A stretch of DNA of 64,000 nt. Source: an uncultured Chloroflexia bacterium (GTDB lineage Bacteria > Chloroflexota > Limnocylindria > Limnocylindrales > CSP1-4). The position numbers and the translations under genes were made by a program. Below the pieces are notes generated by a model, which had not been told where the DNA came from, did no database searches, and worked only from the letters and a program-made list of their open reading frames with translations. The stretch's first letter is position 1. Each line of letters starts with the position of its first letter. The DNA lies in assembly GCA_963763775.1 (NCBI GenBank), contig CAVXPZ010000004.1, positions 576,001 to 640,000 on the forward strand, in the 5' to 3' direction. Shown here one piece after another: positions 9,726 through 20,311 of the stretch.

Positions 9726-10579
9726 ACCTCGGCAGCGCGAAGCTCGCGAGGTGGACCTCCGGCGTGTAGTAGCGGGTGGCGATCCCCGCCGCGGCGAACC
9801 GCGCCTCCAGGGTGGCCGATGGCACGCGCCGCAGGGACGCGTCGTCGGTGCCCCAACCGAACGCCATGAACCCGCCCACGTAGGTCGGCACCGCCCCCAG
9901 GTAGCAGGTCGCATCCGCGAACAGGGCGCTGAACGCGGCCATCGTCCTCGCCAACTCCGGCCCCTGGAAGAACGGGACGCCGTTCTGGGTGACCAGGATC
10001 CCGCCCGGTCGCAGGATCCGGGCGCAATCCGCGTAGAACGACTCGGTGAAGAGCGCTTCGCCCGGCCCGATCGGGTCCGTCGAGTCCACGACGATGAGGT
10101 CGTACCGACCGGCCGTCCCGGCCACGAAGTCCTTCCCGTCGCCCAGGACGATCTCCAGTCGCGGATCGTCGAACGCGCCACGCGACAGCTCCGGCAGGTG
10201 CGTCCGGGAGAGCTCGATCACGCCGGCGTCGAGTTCGGCCATCGTCACGTGCTCGATCGTCCGGTGCTTGAAGAGCTCCTCGATGAGGCCGCCGTCCCCG
10301 CCGCCGACGATCAACACGTCGCGCACGGCGCCGTGGGCCAGGACCGGGACGTGGCTGAGCATCTCGTGATAGACGTACTCGTCGGATGTCGTGAGCTGGG
10401 TCACGCCATCGAGCATCACGAGCGTCCCGAACGCCACGCTGTCCGCGATGACGAGGTGCTGGTGTGCGGTCTCGCTGTCGAAGCGCACCCGCCGGACCTG
10501 GATCGACGTCCGGAACCCGTCGTGCAGGGACTCGGTGAACCACGGGAGATTCGGGGTCGGGGGTATCGGTGGCGGCCAT
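9664..10579 (-). CDS. speE: polyamine aminopropyltransferase (spermidine synthase); probable indel near start
   Basis: [44 protein letters not shown] at 10579 is out of frame with the body across a G/C run at ~10560. Confidence 0.9.
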
Positions 10580-10662
10580 GCGGCGGACTCCAGCTTCGGT
10601 CGGATGGAGCATATGGATATCCGGCACGGACCGGACACCCCGGGAACCGTATGCTTCGGGCG

Positions 10663-11121
10663 ATGCGCATCGGATTCGCCGCCGACCACGCCGGAGCCGC
10701 CCTCAAGGACGAGCTCCTGGGACGTCTGGCGTCGTCCGGCCTCGGGCACGACTGGGTCGACCTGGGCGGTGACGGCTCGGATCCGACCGACGACTATCCC
10801 GACTTCGCCGAGCGGCTCGGCCGCGCCGTGGCCGACGGCCGGGTCGACCGCGGCATCCTGATCTGCGGCTCGGGCGTCGGCGCCAGCGTCGCCGCGAACA
10901 AGATCCGGGGCATCCGCGCCGCGATCTGCCACGACACGTATTCCGCGCACCAGGGCGTGGAACACGACGACATGAACATCCTCACGCTTGGGTCTCGCGT
11001 CATCGGGTCCGAACCGGCCTACGAGATCGCGGTGGCCTTCCTGGGCGCCTCGTTCAGCGGCGAGCCGCGCCACCAGCGGCGGCTCGACAAGGTGCTCGCG
11101 ATCGAGGCGGCCGAAGGCTGA
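10663..11121 (+). CDS. rpiB: ribose-5-phosphate isomerase B
   Basis: [41 protein letters not shown]. Confidence 0.95.
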   Translation: MRIGFAADHAGAALKDELLGRLASSGLGHDWVDLGGDGSDPTDDYPDFAERLGRAVADGRVDRGILICGSGVGASVAANKIRGIRAAICHDTYSAHQGVEHDDMNILTLGSRVIGSEPAYEIAVAFLGASFSGEPRHQRRLDKVLAIEAAEG

Positions 11122-11268
11122 CCCGTCCTCTCGCCGGCCCGTGGGCGCCATCGCGGACCGGCGTACCATGAGCGTCCGCGGTCGAGCCGCTCCGAGTCGA
11201 TCCTCGCGCGTCGCTACCGACCTGTCACCGTCCGTTCACACGCGCATGCCTATCCTTCGGAGGCCACG

Positions 11269-13044
11269 ATGACCGACCCCACCGCGACCGAGACCGACGC
11301 GCCGCGACTCGCGCTTGGCGAGGCCGGCCCGGCGTATGCCGCCGCCGTCGAACGGGCTCGCGCGGAGGAGTGGGTCAACCGGCTGTTCTCGCGCGATGCG
11401 ACCCTGTGGTCCGCCGATCCACGCGTCCAGGAGGCCGTCCTCGACCGCCTCGGCTGGCTCGATGCGCCGGACCATTTCGCGGACCGCACCGCCGGCCTCG
11501 AAGGGTTCGGCGACGCCGTCCTCGAGGAGGGCTACACGACCGCCATCGTCGCGGGCATGGGCGGCAGCAGCCTGGCCCCGGACGTCCTCCACCGCACGTT
11601 CGGCAGCCTCGACGGCTACCTCGCGCTGCGGATCCTCGACTCGACCGATCCGGCGTTCGTGGCGGCGACCCTGGACGACCTCGACCCGCTCCGGACGCTC
11701 GTCCTCATCGCGAGCAAGTCCGGCACGACCACCGAGCCGACCGCGTTCCTCCACGAGACTTGGGCGCGCACCAAGAAGTCGCTCGACGGGATCAAGCACC
11801 ACACCTACGAGGGGCCAGGCGCCTTCTTCGCCGCGATCACGGACCCTGGGTCGAGTCTGGATGCGATCCCCCATCACGACGACTTCCGCGAGCTGTTCCT
11901 CAACCCGCCCGACATCGGCGGGCGGTACTCGGCGCTCACCTACGTCGGCCTGGTGCCGGCCTCGCTGATCGGCCTGGATCTCGACGCCTTGCTCGCCTCG
12001 GCGCACACGATGCTCGGCGCGTGCCGTCAGCCTGATCCGGAGAGCAACCCGGGCGTATCGCTGGGGCTCGCGATCGGCACCCTCGCCACGCAGGGCCGCG
12101 ACAAGCTGACGTTCCTCGCCGACGATGACATCGCGAGCTTCGGCGCGTGGGTCGAGCAGCTCATCGCCGAGAGCACGGGCAAGCGCGGCGTCGGCATCGT
12201 GCCGGTCGACAGCGAGCCCCTGGGCACGGTCGATGCGTACGGTCCGGATCGCGCGTTCGTGCGCATCTCGCTGCTCGATGCGGCCGATGGCGGCCGCGAC
12301 ACCCTCGCCGACGCGCTCGAGGCCGCCGGCCATCCGGTGATCCGCATCGAGCTCGCCGACCCGATCGACCTGGGCGCGGAGTTCGTGCGCTGGGAGGTCG
12401 CCACCGCGATCGCGGGCGTCGTCCTCGGCATCGACCCGTTCGACCAGCCCAACGTGGAGGAGGCCAAACGCCTCACCCACGAGGTCCTGGCCGCCATCGA
12501 GCACGGGCACGAGCCGCCCGCGCCGGCCGCCGCCGTGGCCGAGGGCGACGGGATCGAGGTGTTCGGTGACGCGGCGCTCCGGCTCACGTCGGGCGACGGC
12601 ACGGTCGTCGGCGAGCTCGCCCGCCACCTCGCCCGTCGCAAGGGCAACGCGTATCTCGCGCTCCAGGCGTTCATCGCGCCGACACCGGCCCGCGACGAAG
12701 CCCTGACGCGGATCCGCGCCCTCCTGCGCGACCGGACCGGCCGGGCCACCACGGCCGGCTACGGCCCGCGGTTCCTGCACTCGACCGGCCAGCTCCACAA
12801 GGGCGGCGCGCCGATCGGATGGTTCATCCAGTTGACGGCCGACCATCCGGTCGACCGGCCGATCCCGACGTGGCCGTTCACGTTCGGGCAGCTCATCGAC
12901 GCGCAGGCGGGCGGCGATTTCGCCGCCATCGAGGCGCATGACCTGCCGATCGTCCGGGTCCACCTCGGCGCCGACCCGGACGCCGGTCTGGCCGCCCTGG
13001 AGCGCGCCCTGGCCGCCGCGCTCGACACACACCAGGAGGGCTGA
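11269..13044 (+). CDS. pgi: glucose-6-phosphate isomerase (Tal-Pgi-type PGI domain, stand-alone)
   Basis: GMGGSSL, ASKSGTTTE, DIGGRYSAL, EQLIAESTGK, DPFDQPNVEEAK, GPRFLHSTGQLHKGG. Confidence 0.9.
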   Translation: MTDPTATETDAPRLALGEAGPAYAAAVERARAEEWVNRLFSRDATLWSADPRVQEAVLDRLGWLDAPDHFADRTAGLEGFGDAVLEEGYTTAIVAGMGGSSLAPDVLHRTFGSLDGYLALRILDSTDPAFVAATLDDLDPLRTLVLIASKSGTTTEPTAFLHETWARTKKSLDGIKHHTYEGPGAFFAAITDPGSSLDAIPHHDDFRELFLNPPDIGGRYSALTYVGLVPASLIGLDLDALLASAHTMLGACRQPDPESNPGVSLGLAIGTLATQGRDKLTFLADDDIASFGAWVEQLIAESTGKRGVGIVPVDSEPLGTVDAYGPDRAFVRISLLDAADGGRDTLADALEAAGHPVIRIELADPIDLGAEFVRWEVATAIAGVVLGIDPFDQPNVEEAKRLTHEVLAAIEHGHEPPAPAAAVAEGDGIEVFGDAALRLTSGDGTVVGELARHLARRKGNAYLALQAFIAPTPARDEALTRIRALLRDRTGRATTAGYGPRFLHSTGQLHKGGAPIGWFIQLTADHPVDRPIPTWPFTFGQLIDAQAGGDFAAIEAHDLPIVRVHLGADPDAGLAALERALAAALDTHQEG

Positions 13045-13049
13045 CCCAG

Positions 13050-13955
13050 ATGCGCATCGGCTTCATCGGCCTCGGCCGGATGGGCGCCAACATGGTCCGC
13101 CGGCTCGTCCGCGACGGCCACGAGATCATGGTCTACAACCGGACGCCCGAGAAGTCGCAGGAGATCGAGGGCGAAGGCGAGGGGGCCAAGGCCACGTTCT
13201 CCATCGCGGACCTGGTCGCCTCGCTCGAGAAGCCGCGGGCCGTGTGGGTCATGGTCCCGGCGGGCGACGCCACCGAAGCGCAGATCGACGAGCTGCTGGA
13301 ACACCTCGAGCCGGGTGACACGATCATCGACGGCGGCAACACGAACTTCCACGACGACGTCCGACGGCACGAGGCGCTCAAGGCGAAGGGGATCGGCTAC
13401 ATCGACGCGGGCACGTCGGGCGGCATCTGGGGCCTCCAGGTCGGGTACTGCCTGATGGTCGGCGGCGACGAGGCGACCGTGAAGCCCCTCGAGCCGATCT
13501 TCACGACCCTCGCTCCGCAGGGCGGCTACCTCCATGTCGGGGGGCCGGGTGCCGGCCACTACGTGAAGATGGTCCACAACGGCATCGAGTACGGCCTGAT
13601 GCAGGCGTACGCCGAGGGCTTCGAGATCATGCATGCGAGCGACTACGAGCTCGATCTCGCGGGGATCTCGGAGCTGTGGATGCAGGGCTCGGTGGTGCGG
13701 TCGTGGCTGCTGGAGCTCGCCGGGCGAGCGTTCCGCGCGAACGGCCCGGACCTCGAGCATCTCAAGGGCTTCGTCGCCGACTCGGGCGAGGGCCGTTGGA
13801 CCGTCCAGGAAGCGATCGACCACGACGTCCCGGCGCCGGTCATCACGCTGTCGCTGCTGACCCGCTTCCGGTCGCGCCAGGACGACTCCTACGGGGCCAA
13901 GGTCCTCGCCGCGCTCCGCAACGAGTTCGGTGGGCACGCGGTGAAGACCGAGTAG
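13050..13955 (+). CDS. gnd: 6-phosphogluconate dehydrogenase, decarboxylating (short form)
   Basis: GLGRMG, DGGN, DAGTSGG, KMVHNGIEYG, DSGEGRWT, LRNEFGGH. Confidence 0.96.
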   Translation: MRIGFIGLGRMGANMVRRLVRDGHEIMVYNRTPEKSQEIEGEGEGAKATFSIADLVASLEKPRAVWVMVPAGDATEAQIDELLEHLEPGDTIIDGGNTNFHDDVRRHEALKAKGIGYIDAGTSGGIWGLQVGYCLMVGGDEATVKPLEPIFTTLAPQGGYLHVGGPGAGHYVKMVHNGIEYGLMQAYAEGFEIMHASDYELDLAGISELWMQGSVVRSWLLELAGRAFRANGPDLEHLKGFVADSGEGRWTVQEAIDHDVPAPVITLSLLTRFRSRQDDSYGAKVLAALRNEFGGHAVKTE

Positions 13956-13962
13956 GCCGGAC

Positions 13963-15696
13963 GTGGCCAAGACCCTGACGCCCGAGAAGGCGACGCCGGT
14001 CGAGGCGCCATCGCCGACCGCGCCCGAGATGAGCCCGGCGATCCCGCCCGAGGTCCTCGAGCCCCTCCCCGAGCAGCCGGCACGGCCGGCACCGCGGGGC
14101 AAGGACGTGCCGCGGACGATGAAGGACCTGCGGCTCTCCCGCGCCGGCAAGCGCGCCTCGCGCGCCAAGCCCGCGACCAACGTCCTGCGCGAAGGGCTCC
14201 GCCTCGAGCGTGTCCCGGACCCAAGCGTGCTCGTGCTCATGGGCGCGACCGGCGACCTCGCCCACCGAAAGGTCATCCCCGCGCTCTACCAGCTCTGGCG
14301 GACCAACCTGCTGCCGCACGAGTTCATGATCGTGGCCGTCGGCCGGCGACCCTACGACGACGAGACCTTCCGGGCCGAGATCCGGGCGTCACTCGAACAG
14401 TTCAGCCGGGTCAAGCCGATCGACGCCAACGCCTGGCGGACCTTCGCTGCGCGGCTGCTCTACCACCGAATGGACTTCTCGGACGCCACCGCGTTCGACG
14501 CGCTGGCGGAACGCCTCGAGACGATCGACGAGGAGCACGGTACCCACGGCAACCGGCTCTTCTACCTGGCGACCCAGCCGTCGCAGTTCGCTGAGATCGT
14601 CGGTCAGCTCGGGCGCGTCGGCCTCGACCACGAGACGCATGACGGCGGCTGGCGGCGGATCGTCATCGAGAAGCCGTTCGGGCACGACCTGGAGTCGGCC
14701 AAGAAGCTCAACCGCGAGGTCGGCAAGGTCTTCCGCGAGTCGCAGGTCTACCGCATCGACCACTACCTGGGCAAGGAGACCGTGCGGAACCTGCTGGTCT
14801 TCCGCTTCGGCAACGGCATCTTCGAGCCGCTCTGGAACCGCCGGTACGTCGACCACGTGCAGATCACGGTGGCCGAGTCGATCGGCATCGAGAACCGCGG
14901 CGCCTTCTACGAGGAGACCGGGGCGGTCCGCGACGTCCTCCAGAACCACCTGCTCCAGCTCGTGAGCCTCATCGCGATGGAGCCACCCGCGACCTTCGAT
15001 GCCGACGCGTTGCGCGACGAGAAGGTCAAGGTCCTGCGGGCGATCCAGACCGACCCCGCCAACGCCGCGGTCGACGTGGTCCGCGGCCAGTACGGGCCGG
15101 GCTGGGTGTCGGCCATCAAGGTCCCCGGCTACCGGGCGGAGGAGGACGTCGATCCGGCTTCGGAGACCGAGACGTTCATCGCGGCACGCCTCACGATCGA
15201 CGATTGGCGGTGGTCCGGCGTCCCGTTCTACGTCCGAACGGGCAAACGGCTCCCGAAGCGCGCGACGGAGATCGCGATCCAGTACCGCGAGGTCCCGCAC
15301 CGCCTCTTCCGCGACGCGGCCGTGGATCCCGACCCGAACCTGCTCGTCATCCGCGTCCAGCCGGACGAGGGGATCATGCTGCGGTTCGGGGCGAAGGTGC
15401 CGGGCCTCGGGATGGACGTGCGCGCGGTGACGATGGACTTCACCTACGGCTCGGCGTTCAGCGTCGACTCGCCCGACGCGTACGAGACGCTGATCCTCGA
15501 TGCCCTCCAGGGCGACGCGTCGCTGTTCACCCGTGCGGACGAGGTCGAGCAGGCGTGGGGCATCGTCGACCCGATCATCGACGCGTGGGCGGACGAGCCC
15601 GCACCGAACCTGCCCAACTACGACGCCGGCACGTGGGGCCCGGCCGAGGCCGACGAGCTCCTCGAACGCGACGGTCGTCGCTGGCGGCGGATCTAG
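13963..15696 (+). CDS. zwf: glucose-6-phosphate 1-dehydrogenase
   Basis: GATGDLA, EKPFG, YRIDHYLGKE, DVLQNHLLQ. Has a Pro-rich N-terminal extension. Confidence 0.97.
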   Translation: MAKTLTPEKATPVEAPSPTAPEMSPAIPPEVLEPLPEQPARPAPRGKDVPRTMKDLRLSRAGKRASRAKPATNVLREGLRLERVPDPSVLVLMGATGDLAHRKVIPALYQLWRTNLLPHEFMIVAVGRRPYDDETFRAEIRASLEQFSRVKPIDANAWRTFAARLLYHRMDFSDATAFDALAERLETIDEEHGTHGNRLFYLATQPSQFAEIVGQLGRVGLDHETHDGGWRRIVIEKPFGHDLESAKKLNREVGKVFRESQVYRIDHYLGKETVRNLLVFRFGNGIFEPLWNRRYVDHVQITVAESIGIENRGAFYEETGAVRDVLQNHLLQLVSLIAMEPPATFDADALRDEKVKVLRAIQTDPANAAVDVVRGQYGPGWVSAIKVPGYRAEEDVDPASETETFIAARLTIDDWRWSGVPFYVRTGKRLPKRATEIAIQYREVPHRLFRDAAVDPDPNLLVIRVQPDEGIMLRFGAKVPGLGMDVRAVTMDFTYGSAFSVDSPDAYETLILDALQGDASLFTRADEVEQAWGIVDPIIDAWADEPAPNLPNYDAGTWGPAEADELLERDGRRWRRI

Positions 15697-15708
15697 GGCG
15701 GGCGAGCC

Positions 15709-16959
15709 GTGGCCATCGACGTCCAGATGCCGATCGGGGAGCCCGTGCTGCGCTTCACGGCGCGTGCCCACAGCATCGCCGAGATCGAGGCGCAGCTCGC
15801 CAGGATGTGGGCCGCCCAGGACCTGACGACCACCGTGGACGGCGAGCCGGCGCGCCACATCGCCGCGCGGACGAGCGTGATGAACCTCGTCGTCATCGCG
15901 CGGAGCCAGGAGATCGCCGCGCACTCCGCCGCGACGATCCAGGCCCTGACCGGGCGCCTCCCGTCGCGGACGATGATCATCGACTCGGCCGACGCGGACG
16001 GCCCGTCGTGGCTGGACGCCCGGGTCGAGGCGCACTGCGTCCTGCCGCGCGAGGACGCCCCCGAGACCTGCGCCGAGATGATCCACGTGACGTGCGGCGG
16101 CGAGTCGGGCCGCCATCTCGCCGCGATCGCGACGCCGCTCATCCTCCACGACCTGCCGGTCACGGTGTGGTGGCCGGGCGAGCCGCCGCTCGAGCGAGCA
16201 CCGGCGCACGAGCTGCTCGATGTCGCCGACCGCCTCGTCGTGGACGGCTCCACCTGGAGCGGTGACGGGCTCGGCCGGCTCGGCGAGCTGGCCACCCTGC
16301 TCGACACGACGCGGCTCGCGATCAGCGATTTCGCCCTCGTCCGACAGTCCCGCTGGCGCGAGGCGATCGCCTCGGTGTTCGACGATCCGGACTTCCTGCC
16401 CTACCTGCGCTCGCTCCGGCGGATCGCGGTCACGTACGCGACCCATGACGAGACGGGGTCGCCCGCGGCGACGAACCTCGTGAAGCCCGTGTACCACGTC
16501 GGGTGGCTCGCGTCACGACTCGGGTTGACCGTCGTCAGGCCGCTCACGCCGGTGGCGGGTCCGGCGTCCGCGACGCCGGCCAAGGTGTCGCGCGGCCCGA
16601 ACGCCAAGGCCGTCGTGGGCCGGGGCCTCGCCGCCACCCTGTCCGACGGTCGCGGGGAGGTTGGCGTCGTCATCCGGCCTCACGTCTCCGCCATGCCCGC
16701 GGGCACGACCCTGCGCGTCGAGCTGCTCGCCGAGCGCCGCGGCTCGGAGCTCCGGGCCGACGTGACGGCCGAGGCCGAGGCCGTCCACGTCCGAGTGTGG
16801 CAGGACGGCGTCGAGGCCCTCGACCGGGCATTCATGGCGCCGCGGCGGACCGAGGTGGAGCTGCTCGCCGAGGCGATCGAGGCCACCGGTCGGGACCCCG
16901 TGGCCGACGGGGCCCTGCGATCGGCCGCCGCCATCACGGCCAACGCGGTCCACCGGTGA
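15709..16959 (+). CDS. opcA: glucose-6-phosphate dehydrogenase assembly protein OpcA
   Basis: PSRTMII, PLILHDLPVTVWWPG, DRLVVDGS, WREAIASVFD. Lies between zwf and pgl. Confidence 0.88.
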   Translation: MAIDVQMPIGEPVLRFTARAHSIAEIEAQLARMWAAQDLTTTVDGEPARHIAARTSVMNLVVIARSQEIAAHSAATIQALTGRLPSRTMIIDSADADGPSWLDARVEAHCVLPREDAPETCAEMIHVTCGGESGRHLAAIATPLILHDLPVTVWWPGEPPLERAPAHELLDVADRLVVDGSTWSGDGLGRLGELATLLDTTRLAISDFALVRQSRWREAIASVFDDPDFLPYLRSLRRIAVTYATHDETGSPAATNLVKPVYHVGWLASRLGLTVVRPLTPVAGPASATPAKVSRGPNAKAVVGRGLAATLSDGRGEVGVVIRPHVSAMPAGTTLRVELLAERRGSELRADVTAEAEAVHVRVWQDGVEALDRAFMAPRRTEVELLAEAIEATGRDPVADGALRSAAAITANAVHR

Positions 16960-17756
16960 ACGACCCCGAGGTCGTCGTCGTCGCCGACCCGGCCGCGGCT
17001 GCTGCCGAGGCGGTCACCCGCACCATCCACGCGCTGCGCGAGGGGGTCGAGGCGCGCGGGCGGGCCGATTGGGCCACGACCGGCGGGTCGTCCCCGATCG
17101 GGCTGTACCGACGGCTGCTCGAGCACGAGATGCTGGACGAGGTCCCGTGGTCGCGCGTCCACGTCTGGTGGGGCGACGATCGGTATGTCCCGCGCGACCA
17201 CCCGGCCTCGAACGTGAAGCCGTTCGACGACGTGATGCTCGGCATCGCGGCGGCCGAGGAGGGCACCGCCGGCGGACCGATCGGGATCCCCATCCCGCTC
17301 GAGCAGGTCCACCCATGGCCGACGGGCGAGGCGATCGGCGCGGCGCGCGGGGCGGCCTGGTGCGCGGCCACGCTGGCGGACGAGCTGCGCGCGAACGGCC
17401 CCGCCCCGATCGATGGCTGGCCGGCGTTCGACCTGCTGATCCTCGGCGCGGGTTCCGACGGCCACACGCTGTCGGTCTTCCCGGGCTCCCCGGCGCTGAC
17501 CTCCACGGACCTGGCGATGGCGATCCCGGCCCCGACCCACATCGAGCCGCACATCGAGCGCGTGACGCTCAACCCGGCGGTGATCGGCGTGGCGCGGCAC
17601 GTGTTAGTGCTCGCGACCGGCGCCCCGAAGGCGATGATCCTGGGACGGATCTTCGGCCCGGTGTGGGACCCGGCGCAGTGGCCGGCCCAACTGGCCCGCA
17701 CCGCCAACGCGACGTGGATCCTCGACGAGGCGTGCGCCGCGGGGCTCGCCCGCTGA
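16956..17756 (+). CDS. pgl: 6-phosphogluconolactonase
   Basis: TGGSSP, WWGDDRYVP..HPASN, DLLILGAGSDGHTLSVFP, ERVTL. GTGA overlap with opcA. Confidence 0.92.
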   Translation: MNDPEVVVVADPAAAAAEAVTRTIHALREGVEARGRADWATTGGSSPIGLYRRLLEHEMLDEVPWSRVHVWWGDDRYVPRDHPASNVKPFDDVMLGIAAAEEGTAGGPIGIPIPLEQVHPWPTGEAIGAARGAAWCAATLADELRANGPAPIDGWPAFDLLILGAGSDGHTLSVFPGSPALTSTDLAMAIPAPTHIEPHIERVTLNPAVIGVARHVLVLATGAPKAMILGRIFGPVWDPAQWPAQLARTANATWILDEACAAGLAR

Positions 17757-18244
17757 CCGCGCCGGACCCGACCCCAGGTGCGCCGGCCGCCGCGGACGAC
17801 CTGGTCATCCGCCGAGCCACGGTCGACGACGGTCCGGGGGTCGGAGACGTCCTGCTCGACTCGTGGCGCGCCACATTCGACTTCCCCGGAGTCCATCCGG
17901 ACGACGACGTCCGCCGCTGGGTCGTGGCGACCCTCATCCCGACCACGGAATCCTGGGTGGCGGTCGGACCGGGCGGTGCCGTCGTCGGCGTGCTGTCGCT
18001 CTCGGAGACCATGATCGATCAGCTCTACCTGGCCCCGGACTGGATCGGCCGGGGGCTCGGGTCGCGGCTGCTCGAGCTCGCCAAGGCCCGCCGCCCCGAC
18101 GGCCTGGACCTGTACTGCTTCCAGGTCAACGCCCGAGCGCGCCGCTTCTACGAGGACCGCGGGTTCACCGCGATCGCCTTCGGCGACGGCTCCGGCAACG
18201 AGGAACGCCAGCCCGACATCCGGTACGCGTGGCGCCCATCGTGA
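17753..18244 (+). CDS. GNAT family N-acetyltransferase
   Basis: IDQLYLAPDWIGRGLGSRLL and LYCFQVNARARRFYEDRGF. Start uncertain (CTG overlapping the pgl stop). Confidence 0.85.
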   Translation: MTAPDPTPGAPAAADDLVIRRATVDDGPGVGDVLLDSWRATFDFPGVHPDDDVRRWVVATLIPTTESWVAVGPGGAVVGVLSLSETMIDQLYLAPDWIGRGLGSRLLELAKARRPDGLDLYCFQVNARARRFYEDRGFTAIAFGDGSGNEERQPDIRYAWRPS

Positions 18245-19092
18245 GCGGCGCCGGTCCGCGCCCGGCGGCCGCCGAACCGTCGCTCGTCGCGACCTCGGCG
18301 GACGGCACCCGGGTCGCGATCTTCCGATCCGGTCGGGTCGACCGGCCGCCGCTGCTCCTGGTCCACGGGACCACCGCGGATCACACGGCGTTCCGGGCGC
18401 TCGCGCCGGCGCTGGCCGGGTCGTTCGACCTCTACGCGATCGACCGGCGGGGCCGCGGCGCGTCGAGCGACACGCTCCCGTACGCCATCGGGCGCGAGTT
18501 CGAGGACCTGGTCGGGGTGGCGCAGCTCGTCGCGTCGGCGCGCGGGACCGACACCGTGGATGTCTTCGGGCACTCGTACGGCGGTCGCTGTGCGCTCGGT
18601 GCCGCGCTGCGCATGGACGTGATCGGCCGCGTGATCTGCTACGAGGGCGCCCCGTCACCGCCTGGCACGACGTACCACCCCGACGGCCTGGACGCCGACC
18701 TCGCTGCGCGGTCGGCCGCCGGCGACCTCGACGGCGTCATGGCCACGTTCATGCGCCGCGTCGTCGGGATGACCGACGACGAGTTGACCGCCTATCGAGC
18801 GAACCCGGTCTGGCCGACCCGCGTCGCGGCAGCCTCGACCATCGTCCGCGAGCTCGCGGCCGAGACCGACCCGGCGGCGTCGCTCGAGGCGTTGGGCGCG
18901 GTCCGGCAACCGGTGCTCCAGATCCTCGGCGGAGCCAGCCTCAGCGCGTTCCAGGACGCGACGACGGCGCTCGACGACCGCCTCGCCGACGGCCGGGTCG
19001 TCGAGATCCCCGGCGCCAAGCACGCGGCCCACCACACGCACGTCGACGCGGTCGCGGCGGCGATCCTCGACTTCCTCCAGCCACGTGACTGA
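18241..19092 (+). CDS. alpha/beta hydrolase
   Basis: LLLVHG, DRRGRGAS, GHSYGG nucleophile elbow, C-terminal His. Confidence 0.88.
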   Translation: MSGAGPRPAAAEPSLVATSADGTRVAIFRSGRVDRPPLLLVHGTTADHTAFRALAPALAGSFDLYAIDRRGRGASSDTLPYAIGREFEDLVGVAQLVASARGTDTVDVFGHSYGGRCALGAALRMDVIGRVICYEGAPSPPGTTYHPDGLDADLAARSAAGDLDGVMATFMRRVVGMTDDELTAYRANPVWPTRVAAASTIVRELAAETDPAASLEALGAVRQPVLQILGGASLSAFQDATTALDDRLADGRVVEIPGAKHAAHHTHVDAVAAAILDFLQPRD

Positions 19093-19182
19093 CCAGGTGT
19101 CGCCTCGGCCGGGTCGTGCGAGCCTGAGCGAGAGGGGCCATCCGGCCCTACCGTCTCGGGGGTCCTCGGCTACCATCCCCGC

Positions 19183-20301
19183 ATGACCGACGCGCCCGCT
19201 GCGCCCACCGCCGACGCCCGACCGTACTCGCCCGGGCTGGCCGGGGTCGTCGCCGGCGAGACCGCCCTGTGCATGATCGACGGCGAGGCCGGCCGGCTCC
19301 TGTACCGCGGCTATCGCATCGGCGACATCGTGGAACGCGGCACGTACGGCGCGGTCGCGAACCTCCTCTGGACCGGCGACTGGGACCCCGCCCATCACCT
19401 CGCGACGGGCCCCGTCCCGCCCGAGGTCCTCACGGTCCTGCGGGCGCTGCCGACCACGACCAAGCCCATGGACGCCCTTCGGACCGCCGTGTCGACCTGG
19501 GGCGCGGTCACCGACTTGGCCTGGCCGCCGACCGTCGAGCAGGCCCGAGCGCTGACATCGGCGTCACCGTCGATGCTGGCGGCGTTCGCCCGGATCCGAC
19601 AGGGTCTCGAACCGATCGAGCCAGACCCCTCGCTCGATCTCGTCACCGGGTTCCTCTACCAGCTGAAGGGGGTCGTGCCCGACGCCGGGACGGCGAAGGC
19701 GCTCGATGCGTACTTCATGGTCGGCGCGGAGCACAGCTTCAACGCGTCGACCTTCACGGCGCGCGTGATCATCTCGACGCGGTCGGATATCGCGTCCGCC
19801 GTCGCCGGGGCGATCGGCACGATGAAGGGACCGCTCCATGGCGGGGCGCCGACCGAGGTGGTCGACCAGCTCGCTCAGATCGGCTCCCCCGAACGCGCCG
19901 AGGCCTGGCTCAACGAGGCGCTCGACCGCAAGGAGCGGTTGATGGGCTTCGGGCACCGCGTCTATCGGGCGTACGACCCGCGAGCGGCGGCGCTGCGCAA
20001 GGTCGCCGAGTCGATGCCGAACCCGCCGGACTGGCTCCAGATGGCGATCGCCGTGGAGGACACCGCGCTCCGGGTCCTCGCCGAGCGGCACCCCGAGCGG
20101 GCGCTCAAGACGAACGTCGAGTACTACGCGGCCCCGGTGCTGCTGGGCGTGGGCCTCTCCCCGGACCTGTTCCCGGCGACGTTCTCGCTGGCGCGCCACG
20201 CCGGCTGGACCGCGCACACCCTCGAACAGAGCGCCGAGGACCGGCTCATCCGCCCCGACGTCCGCTATGTCGGCCCGCCGGAGCGCGACCTCCCGGCCTG
20301 A
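19183..20301 (+). CDS. citrate/2-methylcitrate synthase
   Basis: GLAGVVAGET, LLYRGY, EHSFNAST, GPLHGGA, MGFGHRVY..DPR. Confidence 0.93.
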   Translation: MTDAPAAPTADARPYSPGLAGVVAGETALCMIDGEAGRLLYRGYRIGDIVERGTYGAVANLLWTGDWDPAHHLATGPVPPEVLTVLRALPTTTKPMDALRTAVSTWGAVTDLAWPPTVEQARALTSASPSMLAAFARIRQGLEPIEPDPSLDLVTGFLYQLKGVVPDAGTAKALDAYFMVGAEHSFNASTFTARVIISTRSDIASAVAGAIGTMKGPLHGGAPTEVVDQLAQIGSPERAEAWLNEALDRKERLMGFGHRVYRAYDPRAAALRKVAESMPNPPDWLQMAIAVEDTALRVLAERHPERALKTNVEYYAAPVLLGVGLSPDLFPATFSLARHAGWTAHTLEQSAEDRLIRPDVRYVGPPERDLPA

Positions 20302-20311
20302 CGCCGGCCGT

